The notes below the pieces were generated by a model. That model did no database searches. It worked only from the letters and a program-made list of their open reading frames with translations, and was not told the DNA's origin. This document shows, one piece after another, positions 27,553-37,269 of a DNA stretch of 64,000 bases. A program made the translations under genes and the position numbers. Position 1 is the stretch's first letter, and each line of letters opens with the position of its first letter. The DNA lies in the NCBI GenBank assembly GCA_003222535.1, contig QHWJ01000237.1, forward strand, positions 5,641 through 69,640, read 5' to 3'. Source of the stretch: Acidobacteriota bacterium. GTDB taxonomy: Bacteria; Acidobacteriota; Vicinamibacteria; Vicinamibacterales; CAVVIG01.

Positions 27553-28698
27553 ATGAACGCTCGCCCGGCCTCGCTGCTCGCGGCACTGGCTTTCGTGTGC
27601 ACCGTCGTCCAGACGCCGCAGGCCCAGAAGGCGCCCAGCGCTCAGCCGAAAAAGAATCCGCTGCTGAAGCTGGCCGAGCCGTGGCCGGAGGCCGAGGTCC
27701 TCAAGGCCCGACGCGCCGAAGCAGAGGCGCGTCCGTTGTTCCAGAGCGCGGCCCCCATCGAGTTCACGCTGACGGCACGCTTCAACGACATCAACAAGGA
27801 TCACAACCCCGAGAGCACGAAGCGTTATCCGGGCGTCCTCACGGTGGCCGGATCGGATGGCCTGCCCAAGAGCATCGCCGTCCAATTGAGCGCCCGCGGA
27901 CACTTCCGCCGGATGGCGCGCAACTGCAGCATGGTCCCGCTGCGCGTGGAGTTCCCGAAGACGGGCGAGATGGCCGGCACGCCGTTCGACGGGCAGACGA
28001 CGCTGAAGCTCGGCAGGGGTTGCGAGAGCTCGAAGGAGTTCGAGCAGTACACGCTGCGCGAGTACCTGGCGTACTCCCTGTACAACATGGTGACGCCACT
28101 GTCGTTTCGTGCCCGGCTGGCCCGCGCCACGTACGCCGAGGAGAAGTCCGCGAAGAAGACCAATGCCCGCTACGCCATCTTCATCGAGCACGAGAACGAC
28201 ATGGCCCGCCGGAACGAAGGCCGGACCGTGGAGCTCTCGCGAGTCGTGTTCAACGACCTCGAACCCGAGACGCTCACGCGGACGATGTTGTATGAGTACA
28301 TGATCGGAAATACCGACGTGTCGATCTGGGCGCTGCACAACGTGCGCATCGTGCAGAACCCGGCGCGCACGCTCTTCCTCGTGCCGTACGACTTCGATCT
28401 GTCGGGTCTCGTACACGCGCCGTACGCGATCCCGGACCGGCGGCTCGGCCTCCGGAGCGTGCTCGATCGGATGTATCGCGGACCGTGCCGGGGGATCGAG
28501 GAGCTCGACGCGGCCGCGGCGCCATTCCGCGCCAGGAAAACAGACATGCTGGCGCTGGTGGAGTCGATGCGCGATCTCGAGTCGAGGGGCCGCATCGAGG
28601 TGAAGGACTATCTCGAAAGCTTCTTCCGGACGATCGAACGGCCCGCCTCGATCAAGAAGCAGTTCGTCGACGGCTGCAAGGCGACTCCTACCGTGTGA
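27553..28698 (+). CDS. Secreted CotH-like atypical kinase-fold protein
   Basis: Signal peptide; RG, REYLAY, IGNTD, HN and VPYDFD motifs. Confidence 0.6.
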   Translation: MNARPASLLAALAFVCTVVQTPQAQKAPSAQPKKNPLLKLAEPWPEAEVLKARRAEAEARPLFQSAAPIEFTLTARFNDINKDHNPESTKRYPGVLTVAGSDGLPKSIAVQLSARGHFRRMARNCSMVPLRVEFPKTGEMAGTPFDGQTTLKLGRGCESSKEFEQYTLREYLAYSLYNMVTPLSFRARLARATYAEEKSAKKTNARYAIFIEHENDMARRNEGRTVELSRVVFNDLEPETLTRTMLYEYMIGNTDVSIWALHNVRIVQNPARTLFLVPYDFDLSGLVHAPYAIPDRRLGLRSVLDRMYRGPCRGIEELDAAAAPFRARKTDMLALVESMRDLESRGRIEVKDYLESFFRTIERPASIKKQFVDGCKATPTV

Positions 28699-28701
28699 AT
28701 C

Positions 28702-28822
28702 TCGAGGTGCGAGGCGCGCGACACGTGCGAGGTGCGACGCGTGCGAGGGCCGAGGTGGGAGGCGCGAAGTCTGAAGTCCGAGCGTTTCAGACTTCAGACT
28801 TCAGCCTTCAGACTTCAGACTT
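28702..28822. repeat. Heptamer repeat arrays (GAGGTGC; AAGTCTG/CAGACTT inverted)
   Basis: AAGTCTGAAGTC ... CAGACTTCAGACTTTCAGCCTTCAGACTTCAGACTT between convergent genes. Confidence 0.8.
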
Positions 28823-28833
28823 TAAGTTAAGCG

Positions 28834-30066
28834 TCAGCGCTGCTGTGGTGGTGTGAACGCTGCGGCCGGCGTGTCGACCACGGTCGAGTAGAAACCTATC
28901 ATCATTTCTTCCCAGGTCTGATCGCCCCACCGGACGTCCTTCGACGGATCCGGATTGAACTTGTTGCTGGTCGAGTTGTCGTAGTGCGCGATCACCTCGA
29001 TCTCGGTGCCTTTCGGAAGCAGCTTCGGCTTCGCGAGCTGGTAGGTGATCTGCCAGTTGAAGTCCCACTTCGGCACCGACAGCAGCGTCTCGGAAGTACC
29101 ATCCGCATAGTGCGCGATGTAGATCATGTCCTTTCCGCGGACGTGCATGTGCGGCGTCAACGACGTGACGAGCGTGTCCCTCGCGAGAATCTGGGTGGCC
29201 TTCACTTCGGCGTTTCCGTCGTTCGCCGGAATCACGAATCGCGGGTTGATCACCAGGCCCCCCGCCGCCAGCTTCGTCGGCGGCTGCCTGGCGTAGACCA
29301 CCGCGACGGTCGTGCGATCGGCCGCCTCGGTGCCGTTGGTCGTGTAATGGATCTGCAAAACGATATCCGAGTTGCCGCGGAACAGCCTCGCCACGCCGGG
29401 CTCGAACACGAGACCCGGCTTGTTCGGCGTCACGCCGCCGATATTCGTGGGACCGAGCACCGCTCCGGGATTCACCGGTTTGTCCGAGGGCTGCGTGAAC
29501 GCGATGACGTGATGCACGTGTGCACGCGCGCCCGGCTTGATCTCGATCGCCTGAATCCATTTGTCTTCCGTGAGATGCGTCGGCACGCGGAAATACAGGT
29601 ACGGGATCGTGCCGGTCGCCGGAATCTTGTACTCTTCTTCCATCGTGAAGACGGCGTCCGGCTTGCCGATCGTCCAGCCTTCGGCGAACCGCGGCGCATC
29701 GGGCAGGTCCTTGTCGTCCCCCTTCGGCGCGCCGCCATCCACCCACGCGGTGATGGTGTCGATTTCGCTCTGCGACAGACGCGGATCGTTCTTGAACGTG
29801 CCGTGCGCGGGATCGGCGCCCCACGGCGGCATCGCGCGCGAGACGACGCGCTGCTTGATGGACCGGGCCCACGGCCTCGCGTCCTCGAACGTCACCAGCG
29901 ACATCGGCGCGAACATCGTCGGCCGGTGACACTCCACGCAGCTCTTGTAGAAAATCGGCGCGACGTCTTTCGTGAAGGTAACAGGGGCATCGGCTGCGCG
30001 GACGGCTGCCGGAAGTCCGAATATCACCACGAGCATGGCACCGAGGATCGTTCGTCCAATCACCAC
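28834..30066 (-). CDS. Secreted cytochrome c plus copper type II ascorbate-dependent monooxygenase-like protein
   Basis: CVECH, MPPW, HVHH, PHMH.RG, WDFNWQ..Y, YDNS, EEMM. Confidence 0.78.
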   Translation of the reverse strand: MVIGRTILGAMLVVIFGLPAAVRAADAPVTFTKDVAPIFYKSCVECHRPTMFAPMSLVTFEDARPWARSIKQRVVSRAMPPWGADPAHGTFKNDPRLSQSEIDTITAWVDGGAPKGDDKDLPDAPRFAEGWTIGKPDAVFTMEEEYKIPATGTIPYLYFRVPTHLTEDKWIQAIEIKPGARAHVHHVIAFTQPSDKPVNPGAVLGPTNIGGVTPNKPGLVFEPGVARLFRGNSDIVLQIHYTTNGTEAADRTTVAVVYARQPPTKLAAGGLVINPRFVIPANDGNAEVKATQILARDTLVTSLTPHMHVRGKDMIYIAHYADGTSETLLSVPKWDFNWQITYQLAKPKLLPKGTEIEVIAHYDNSTSNKFNPDPSKDVRWGDQTWEEMMIGFYSTVVDTPAAAFTPPQQR

Positions 30067-30125
30067 AGGATTTTCTCCTCGGTCATAGTCTAATGATGGA
30101 CTGTGAAGCTGACGCGCGGCTCAGA

Positions 30126-30278
30126 GACCCAACCTACTCGACCTATCCGACCTACACAACCTACCCAACCTACCCGACCTACCTGACCTACCCGGCCTAC
30201 CCAACCTACCCGACCTATCCGACCTATCCGACCTATCCGACCTATCCGACCTACTGGACCTACTGGACCTGCCTGACC
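30126..30278. repeat. About 16-17 copies of a 9-nt (G/A)ACCTAYCC tandem repeat
   Basis: Direct reading; overlaps the stop of the M20 gene. Confidence 0.95.
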
Positions 30279-31888
30279 GTGGGATATTTGATCCCGAGCT
30301 GCTCGAGGTACGACTTGTACTTCGTCGGATCGTAGTAGTACTTCTTCATCTCAGGCCGGTATCGCGCCATCGTCTGCTCATTCAGCCAGATCGCCGGTTT
30401 GTCTTCGGGCCGAATCAGCGGAATGTACTTCGTGTTCTTCGTCTGCACATTCCTGAAGTAGTCCCACGCCTGGGTGACGAGCTCGGGCCTCATCAGGAAA
30501 TCGAGCACGGTCAGCGCGACGACCTTGGCGCCGGCCTGGATGCCCTTGTGCGCGATGGGCGTCGCCATCGAGATGGCGTTCGCCCAGTTATGACCGGGCC
30601 CGGCCGCCATGTTGGACGGATACCGCAACGTCACTGTCGGCACGTTCCACGAGATGTCGCCGATATCGTCCGAGCCGCCGCCGCGCTTTTCCTCGTCAGG
30701 AACAGACTCGCGGCCCCGCAGCGGCTGGAGCTTCGTGGCCATGCCGACCTCCGGCACCTTGAGCTCGTGCTGCAGCGCCTTCGCCAGCGTCTGATCGGCC
30801 TCGGACCACTGCGGCAGGCCAACTTTCTCGATATTCGCGTGCATCGTTTCCGCGATCGTCTTGTTGAAATGCCCGGGCCACGCGGAGCCGAGCACCTTCA
30901 TCGATACGTCCGTGTCGGTCATCATCGAGGCGGCTTTCGCCATCCGATCGCCGATCTCCCACATCGCCTTGATGTGCGCGTAGTCGGTTTCGCGGAAGTA
31001 GTACCAGACCGACGCGTTCGGTGGGACGACGTTGGGCTGGTCGCCGCCGTTGGTGATGACGTAGTGCGACCGCTGCTGAATCCGCAGATGTTCGCGGCGG
31101 AAGTTCCAGCCGATGTCCATCAGCTCCGCGGCATCGAGCGCCGACTTGCCGCGCCACGGCGCGCTGGCGGCGTGCGCGCTTTCGCCCTTGAACGTGTACT
31201 CGACCGAGACGAGGCCGTTCTGGTTGCCGTCGCCCCAGCCGACGCCAAGGTTGTCGCCCACGTGCGCGAAGATCGAAATGTCGACGTCCCTGAAGACGCC
31301 CGCGCGCACGTAGTACGCCTTGGCGCCCACCAATTCTTCGGCGATGCCGGGCCACAGCATCAGCGTCCCCTGCAGATGCTGCTGCTCCATGATCTTCTTC
31401 ACGGCGAGCGCCGCGGCGAGCTGCAGCGGCATCCCGGAGTTGTGTCCCTCGCCGTGGCCGGGTGCCCCCTCGATGATCGGATCGTGGTACGCCACGCCGG
31501 GCTTCTGCGACGCCTGTGGAATGCAGTCGACGTCCGAGCCGAGTGCGATCACCGGCTTGCCCGACCCCCAGCGTGCGGTCCACGCGGTGGGAATGCCGGC
31601 GATCCCCTGCTGGACGGCGAAGCCGTTCTGCTTCAGGATGTCGGTGAGATACTTCGTCGTCTCGACTTCCTGGAAGCCGAGCTCGCCGAAGCTGAAAACA
31701 GAGTCATTCCATTTCTGAATGTTCTCCTGCATCGCGTCGACCTCGAGGCCGACGTTCCGCTTGTATTGATCCAGCTGCGGGTTGGGGGGCGCAGCGTTCG
31801 CGGCCGGCGGCTGGGGCGGCTGCGCCGCGTCAAGGGATACGGCGACGCCGACCGCGGCCGCCAGTGCTGACCATCTGATGACGCACAT
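30260..31888 (-). CDS. Secreted M20 amidohydrolase (AbgB-like), paralog 1
   Basis: ELGFQE, GHGEGHN, AEELVGAK, SAHAA.APWRG.SALDA, GSDDIGDISW. Confidence 0.9.
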   Translation of the reverse strand: MCVIRWSALAAAVGVAVSLDAAQPPQPPAANAAPPNPQLDQYKRNVGLEVDAMQENIQKWNDSVFSFGELGFQEVETTKYLTDILKQNGFAVQQGIAGIPTAWTARWGSGKPVIALGSDVDCIPQASQKPGVAYHDPIIEGAPGHGEGHNSGMPLQLAAALAVKKIMEQQHLQGTLMLWPGIAEELVGAKAYYVRAGVFRDVDISIFAHVGDNLGVGWGDGNQNGLVSVEYTFKGESAHAASAPWRGKSALDAAELMDIGWNFRREHLRIQQRSHYVITNGGDQPNVVPPNASVWYYFRETDYAHIKAMWEIGDRMAKAASMMTDTDVSMKVLGSAWPGHFNKTIAETMHANIEKVGLPQWSEADQTLAKALQHELKVPEVGMATKLQPLRGRESVPDEEKRGGGSDDIGDISWNVPTVTLRYPSNMAAGPGHNWANAISMATPIAHKGIQAGAKVVALTVLDFLMRPELVTQAWDYFRNVQTKNTKYIPLIRPEDKPAIWLNEQTMARYRPEMKKYYYDPTKYKSYLEQLGIKYPTVRQVQ

Positions 31889-31912
31889 GAATCAGTCCCT
31901 TCGATGCGTCCG

Positions 31913-33586
31913 CTATTGCTGTGCCGACGGCTTGGTCGCCGGCTTGACCGTCGTCGGATACTTGATCCCGAGCTGCTCGAGGTACGTCTTGTACTTCGTC
32001 GGGTCGTAGTAGTACTTCTTCATCTCGGGGCGGTACTTCTCCATCCGTTCCTTGTTCAGCCAGATGGCCGGCTGGTCCTCGGGACGGATGAGCGGGACGT
32101 ACTTCTTGTTCTTCGTCTGCACGTTGTTGAAGTAGTCCCACGCCTGCGCGACGAGCTCAGGGCGCGTGAGGAGATCGAGGATGGTGAGCGCCATGACTTT
32201 GGCGCCGTACTGGATGCCTTTGTGCGCGATCGGCGTCGCCATCGAGATCGCGTTGGCCCAGTTGTGACCCGGGCCAGCCTGCATGTTCGACGGGTAGTTC
32301 AGCGTGACCGTCGGGACATTCCACGAAATGTCGCCGATATCGTCGGAGCCGCCGCCGCGCTTTTCATCGTCGGGGATCACCTCGCGGCCGCGCAGCGGGT
32401 TGAGCTTCGTCGCGAGGCCGACCTCGGGCACCTTCAGCTCGTGCTGGAGCGCTTTGGCGAGCGCGATGTCCGCCTCGCTCCACTGCGGGAGCCCCACTCT
32501 CTCGATGTTCGCGTACATGGTCTCGGCAACGGTCTTGTTGAAATGGCCCGGCCACGCCGAACCAAGTACGCGCATCGTGTACTCGGTGTCGGTCATCATC
32601 GCGGCCGCCTTCGCCATGGTGTTGCCGATGTCCCAGAGCTTCTTGATTTCGTCGTAGCTGGTCTCGCGGAAGTAGTACCAGACCGACGCGTTCGGCGGGA
32701 CGACGTTCGGCTGGTCGCCGCCGTTGGGGATGACGTAGTGCGAGCGCTGCTGGAGCCGGAGATGCTCGCGCCGGAAGTTCCAGCCGATGTCCATCAGCTC
32801 AACGGCGTCGAGCGCCGAGCGGCCGCGCCACGGCGCACCGGCGGCGTGCGCGCTTTCGCCCTTGAAGGTGTACTCGACCGACACCATCCCGTTGCCGCCG
32901 CTGTCGCCCCAGCTCACCTGCATGTTCGCCCCGACGTGGGCGAAGATGCAGATGTCGACGTCCTTGAACGCCCCCGCGCGCACGTAATACGCCTTCGTGC
33001 CGAGCAGTTCTTCGGCCACGCCGGGCCAGAGCTTCAGCGTGCCCTGCAGGTGCTGCTGCTCCATGATCTTCTTGACCGCGAGCGCGGCCGCGATCTGAAG
33101 CGGCATGCCGGAGTTGTGTCCTTCGCCGTGGCCCGGCGCGCCTTCGATGATCGGCTCGTGCCACGCCACACCGGGCTTCTGCGACGCCTGCGGGATGTCG
33201 TCGATGTCCGATCCGAGCGCGATGACCGGCTTGCCGGTGCCCCACGTGGCCGTCCACGCCGTCGGGATCCCTGCGAGATTCTCCTGAATCAAGAAGCCGT
33301 TCTGTTTGAGGATGCCCGTGAGGTACTTCGATGTCTCGAATTCCTGAAAACCGGGCTCGGCGAAACTGAACACCGTGTCGTTCCACTTCTGAATGTTTTC
33401 CTGCATGGCGTCGACTTCGAGGCCGACATCGCGCTTGTACTGATCGAGCTTCGGATTGACCTGCCCTGAGCTTGTCGAAGGGGGCGCCGCCTGCGCCGTC
33501 GCGGCGGCCGGCGGTTGCGGCGCGGCAGCGAGCGAAACAGTGATCGCAGCGGTGAATGCGATCAACAACAGTCGGGATGCGCGCAT
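31913..33586 (-). CDS. Secreted M20 amidohydrolase (AbgB-like), paralog 2
   Basis: Same motifs; start ATG 33586 with GGAGG RBS (the 908-aa ORF call is over-extended). Confidence 0.9.
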   Translation of the reverse strand: MRASRLLLIAFTAAITVSLAAAPQPPAAATAQAAPPSTSSGQVNPKLDQYKRDVGLEVDAMQENIQKWNDTVFSFAEPGFQEFETSKYLTGILKQNGFLIQENLAGIPTAWTATWGTGKPVIALGSDIDDIPQASQKPGVAWHEPIIEGAPGHGEGHNSGMPLQIAAALAVKKIMEQQHLQGTLKLWPGVAEELLGTKAYYVRAGAFKDVDICIFAHVGANMQVSWGDSGGNGMVSVEYTFKGESAHAAGAPWRGRSALDAVELMDIGWNFRREHLRLQQRSHYVIPNGGDQPNVVPPNASVWYYFRETSYDEIKKLWDIGNTMAKAAAMMTDTEYTMRVLGSAWPGHFNKTVAETMYANIERVGLPQWSEADIALAKALQHELKVPEVGLATKLNPLRGREVIPDDEKRGGGSDDIGDISWNVPTVTLNYPSNMQAGPGHNWANAISMATPIAHKGIQYGAKVMALTILDLLTRPELVAQAWDYFNNVQTKNKKYVPLIRPEDQPAIWLNKERMEKYRPEMKKYYYDPTKYKTYLEQLGIKYPTTVKPATKPSAQQ

Positions 33587-33631
33587 GAGTGCCTCCGGAT
33601 GGCGCGATTGTAGCGCATGTATGATCGCCCG

Positions 33632-34720
33632 ATGGACGTTTTCGAGCCGCGCGCGTCGCTGCGCAACGCCCACCGGATGACGCTCTACAGCTGGGGAAAC
33701 CCCCGGCACTTCCCGCGCCTGCCGGCTCCGACGCGGCGCTACTTCGACGTCGCGCCGGCGACACGGGTTGTCGCCGATTGTCATTGGCATGAGCGGCCGT
33801 GGGAGCATGTGACGCTCGTCGCGCTGCACGGCCTGAACGGGTCGAGCGAGGCGCACTACATGCGCGGGCTTGCCGCGAAGGGCTTCGCGCGCGGGATGAA
33901 CGTCGTGCGGCTGAACCAGCGCAACTGCGGCGACACCGAACATCTCGCCGAAGGGCTCTTTCACTCGGGATTGACGGCCGACGCCGCGCACGTGGTCCAC
34001 GAACTGACGCACATCGACGGGTTGCCGGCGATCGGTGTGGCTGGCTACTCGCTCGGCGGCAACCTCGCGCTGAAGCTCGCCGGCGAGTACGGCGCGTTCG
34101 CGCCGAAGACCGTGCTCGGCGTCGCCGCCGTGTCGCCCATCATCGAGATCAGCGAGTGCACACGCGCACTCGAGCGGCCGGGGAACGCGTTGTATCAATG
34201 GAATTTCGTCAGGGATTTGAAGCGCCGGATGCGCCGCAAGGAGCGCTTTCATTCCGGGCGCTTCGATCTGACGAAGCTGAACGCGGTCAGGACCGTCCGC
34301 GAGTTCGACGAGACCTACACCGCGCCGTACTTCGGCTTCAGGAACGCCGAGGACTATTACCATCGCGCGAGCTCGATGCGCGTGATCGATCGCATCCGCG
34401 TCCCGGCGCTCATCATCACCGCCGAGGACGATCCGTTCGTGCCTTCGCGCCCCTTCCACGATCCGAAGGTCACCGGGAACCCGCACATCGATCTGAGGGT
34501 CAGCCCGCACGGGGGCCACTGCGGCTTCGTCGGCGCGCGCTCGGGCGAGGACGATGGGTACTGGGCGGAGAACCGGATTGTCGAGTTCATCTGGGGACTG
34601 GGGACTGGGGACGGGTTGCCAGGGACCGGCACTCGGCACCTGCTGCGCGTCGATACCGACTCACCACGGTTTCAAAACGTGGAGGGGGACCCTTTTAGGG
34701 TCGTCGTGCGGCGAGGCTGA
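33632..34720 (+). CDS. YheT-like alpha/beta hydrolase
   Basis: LHGLNGSS..Y, GYSLGG nucleophile elbow, AEDDPFV, GGHCGF; C-terminal tail partly repeat-derived. Confidence 0.88.
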   Translation: MDVFEPRASLRNAHRMTLYSWGNPRHFPRLPAPTRRYFDVAPATRVVADCHWHERPWEHVTLVALHGLNGSSEAHYMRGLAAKGFARGMNVVRLNQRNCGDTEHLAEGLFHSGLTADAAHVVHELTHIDGLPAIGVAGYSLGGNLALKLAGEYGAFAPKTVLGVAAVSPIIEISECTRALERPGNALYQWNFVRDLKRRMRRKERFHSGRFDLTKLNAVRTVREFDETYTAPYFGFRNAEDYYHRASSMRVIDRIRVPALIITAEDDPFVPSRPFHDPKVTGNPHIDLRVSPHGGHCGFVGARSGEDDGYWAENRIVEFIWGLGTGDGLPGTGTRHLLRVDTDSPRFQNVEGDPFRVVVRRG

Positions 34721-34734
34721 AAGCCTCGCCCTAC
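34684..34734. repeat. GTAG-type REP pair
   Basis: GACCCTTTTAGGGTC and GGCGAGGCTGAAAGCCTCGCCCTAC. Confidence 0.7.
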
Positions 34735-34758
34735 GGTTTTGAAAACCGGCAAAAGCGG

Positions 34759-36354
34759 CTAGCGACTTCGACGAGTTCCCCCGAGAATCGAACCGAGGGC
34801 GCCACGGAGAATCGCGCGGCCGAGGCCTGAGCCGACCGACCGCGCGGCGCTCTTCGCGGCGGATTGCACGAGGCCGTCGTGCTTGCCGCCGCGCGGGCCC
34901 GTCGTCCCGAACAGGATGTCCGACAGCAACCCACCAGTCCTACCCGCCTCACCCGCACCTGCCGCACCGGCTGCACCTTCCGCACTCGACCCACTTGCCC
35001 GCTCGGCTAACGCCTTCGCGCTCCGTTCCCCAGGCGACCCGCCCGGCCCACTGGACGCACCCGCCCTCGTCCTCAGCTTCTCGTAGGCTGATTCCCGGTC
35101 GACGGCTTGCTCGTACTGGCCGTACAACGCGGTCGCCTTTTTGCGGATCGCGGCGCGTTCCGGCTCGGCGATCGGTCCCATTCGCGAGGCGGGGGGGACG
35201 ATCCATGCGCGCTCGGTGACCGTGGGGCTTCCGTGCTCGTCGAGCAGCGACACCAGCGCTTCGCCGACGGCGAGCTCGCTGATGGCGCGGGCGGTGTCGA
35301 TCTTCGGGTTGGGGCGCAGCGTGTCCGCGGCGGTTTTCACCGCCTTTTGATCGTGCGGCGTGAAGGCGCGCAGCGCGTGCTGCACGCGGTTGCCGAGCTG
35401 GCCCAGCACCGTCTCCGGCACATCACCAGGGCTCTGGGTGACGAAGTACACGCCCACGCCCTTTGATCGAATCAGCCGCACCACCTGCTCGATCTTCTCG
35501 ATGAGCGGCGCCGGCGCCTCGTCGAACAGCAGGTGCGCCTCGTCGAAGAAGAAGACGAGCGCCGGCCTGTCCGGGTCCCCGACCTCGGGCAGCCGTTCGA
35601 ACAGCTCGGAGAGCAGCCAGAGGAGAAACGTCGCATACGGCTTCGGCGAGCGAATGAGCTCCTCCGCCGAGAGGACGTTCACTATTCCCAGGCCGCGCGC
35701 GTCGATCTGCAGCAGATCGTCAACGTTCAGCATCGGCTCGCCGAAGAAGGCGGCGCCGCCCTGCTGATCGATCTCGACGAGCGCGCGCTGAATGGCGCCG
35801 ATCGAAGCGACCGAGACATTGCCGTACTCGGTCGTGAACTGCCGCGCGCTGTCGCCGACCCATTGCAGCATCGCGCGAAGATCCTTCAGGTCGAGCAGCA
35901 GCAGCCCGTTGTCGTCGGCGATCTTGAAGACGAGAGCGAGCACGCCCTGTTGCGTGGCGTTCAACCCGAACAGCCGCCCGAGGATGAGCGGTCCGAGGTC
36001 GGAAATCGTCGCACGGACCGGAAACCCGCGGCGGCCGAACACGTCCCAGAACACCACTGGACTTGCCGCCCACGCCGGTTCGGCCATGCCGGTCCCCTTC
36101 AACCACTCCCGCAGCTTCGGCGACGGCGAACCGGCTGCCGCGAGGCCGGAGAGATCCCCTTTGACGTCGGCGAGAAAGACCGGCACGCCGAGCCGCGAGA
36201 AATGCTCCGCCAGCACCTGGAGCGTGACCGTCTTGCCGGTTCCAGTGGCGCCGGTGACGAGGCCGTGCCGATTCGCGAGCGCAGGATGAAACAGCACGTC
36301 CTTCCCAACCGATGTTTTCGCGATAACGAACGGTTCGGCCACTTTTTGCTCCAC
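34759..36354 (-). CDS. DUF853/YjgR HerA-like ATPase
   Basis: [49 protein letters not shown]. Confidence 0.93.
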   Translation of the reverse strand: MEQKVAEPFVIAKTSVGKDVLFHPALANRHGLVTGATGTGKTVTLQVLAEHFSRLGVPVFLADVKGDLSGLAAAGSPSPKLREWLKGTGMAEPAWAASPVVFWDVFGRRGFPVRATISDLGPLILGRLFGLNATQQGVLALVFKIADDNGLLLLDLKDLRAMLQWVGDSARQFTTEYGNVSVASIGAIQRALVEIDQQGGAAFFGEPMLNVDDLLQIDARGLGIVNVLSAEELIRSPKPYATFLLWLLSELFERLPEVGDPDRPALVFFFDEAHLLFDEAPAPLIEKIEQVVRLIRSKGVGVYFVTQSPGDVPETVLGQLGNRVQHALRAFTPHDQKAVKTAADTLRPNPKIDTARAISELAVGEALVSLLDEHGSPTVTERAWIVPPASRMGPIAEPERAAIRKKATALYGQYEQAVDRESAYEKLRTRAGASSGPGGSPGERSAKALAERASGSSAEGAAGAAGAGEAGRTGGLLSDILFGTTGPRGGKHDGLVQSAAKSAARSVGSGLGRAILRGALGSILGGTRRSR

Positions 36355-36443
36355 GGTCCCGTTGCCGGGCGACTCTGTCGGGGTCGCCGATGGCGGGCCC
36401 TGAAATGCCCGCCTTGCAAATGCCGTCCGGCCGAAGCCGGACC

Positions 36444-37151
36444 CTACGTTGTCAGTCCCAGATGCCCCATCAGCAGCCTGGCAAGCTCGGGGCCCTTGCC
36501 TTCCTCTTCATGCTTGAAATACACGAACACTTCTTTCGCCGACGCCGTCTCGCGAGTGATGGTGTCGCCCCAGCGCTTGATGTCGTCCGGCGAGTAGCCC
36601 TCGTCGCGCAGCCGGAAGTAGGCGTAATCGGCCGTCATCCTCACAGGCGTTGACATCTTCTCGCTGTCCGCGACACAGAGGGCAAGATTTCGCGCGGCCA
36701 ATCGCGCGAAGATCTCGTCGTCGAGCCACGACGCGTGGCGGAACTCGAACGCACCGCAGACCTTCGGCGGCAGCTCCGCGAGGAACGCATCGAACGTCGT
36801 CAGATCCTTCTTCAGATTGGGCGGCAGCTGGAACAGCAGCGCGCCGAGCCGGTCGCCGAGCGTGCCGGCGACCTGGCAGAACCCGCTCACGAGCGACCCG
36901 CAGTTCTTCAGCCGGTTGTCGTGTGTGATGCGGCGTGGCGCCTTCAACGTCAGCTTGTAGGGCGACGGCGTTTGCGCGGCCCATCCGCTGACGAGTTTTT
37001 CGTTCGGCATCCGGTAGAAGGTGTAGTTGATCTCGACGGTCGGAAACCGCGCCGCGTAGTACGGCAGCATCTTCGCCGCGGGCAGATCCTGCGGATAGAA
37101 ACTGCCCTTCCACTCGGGATAGTTGTAGCCCGACGTCCCAATCCAGATCAT
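36444..37151 (-). CDS. DUF72-family protein
   Basis: [41 protein letters not shown]. Confidence 0.93.
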   Translation of the reverse strand: MIWIGTSGYNYPEWKGSFYPQDLPAAKMLPYYAARFPTVEINYTFYRMPNEKLVSGWAAQTPSPYKLTLKAPRRITHDNRLKNCGSLVSGFCQVAGTLGDRLGALLFQLPPNLKKDLTTFDAFLAELPPKVCGAFEFRHASWLDDEIFARLAARNLALCVADSEKMSTPVRMTADYAYFRLRDEGYSPDDIKRWGDTITRETASAKEVFVYFKHEEEGKGPELARLLMGHLGLTT

Positions 37152-37194
37152 GTTGTCGTTCCCCGGTCGCTCGCCAGGCTAAAGCGCTCCGATC

Positions 37195-37238
37195 CCCACC
37201 CGACCCACGCGACCCACCTGACCCACCTGACCCACCTG
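37195..37238. repeat. 9-nt ACCCACCTG-type tandem repeat
   Basis: CCCACCCGACCCACGCGACCCACCTGACCCACCTGACCCACCTG. Confidence 0.8.
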
Positions 37239-37269
37239 AGGGTCGTTGGTCGACTGTAAACTAGGTGAC

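Noticed and set aside
30093-30335. 80-aa TYP-repeat ORF (and the GRV-repeat ORF at 40637-40885)
   Set aside because: These are translations of 9-nt non-coding arrays that stay open because the period is a multiple of three.
33587-34639. N-terminal 351 aa of the 908-aa ORF
   Set aside because: Antisense shadow of the alpha/beta hydrolase; the real start is ATG 33586 with RBS and signal peptide.
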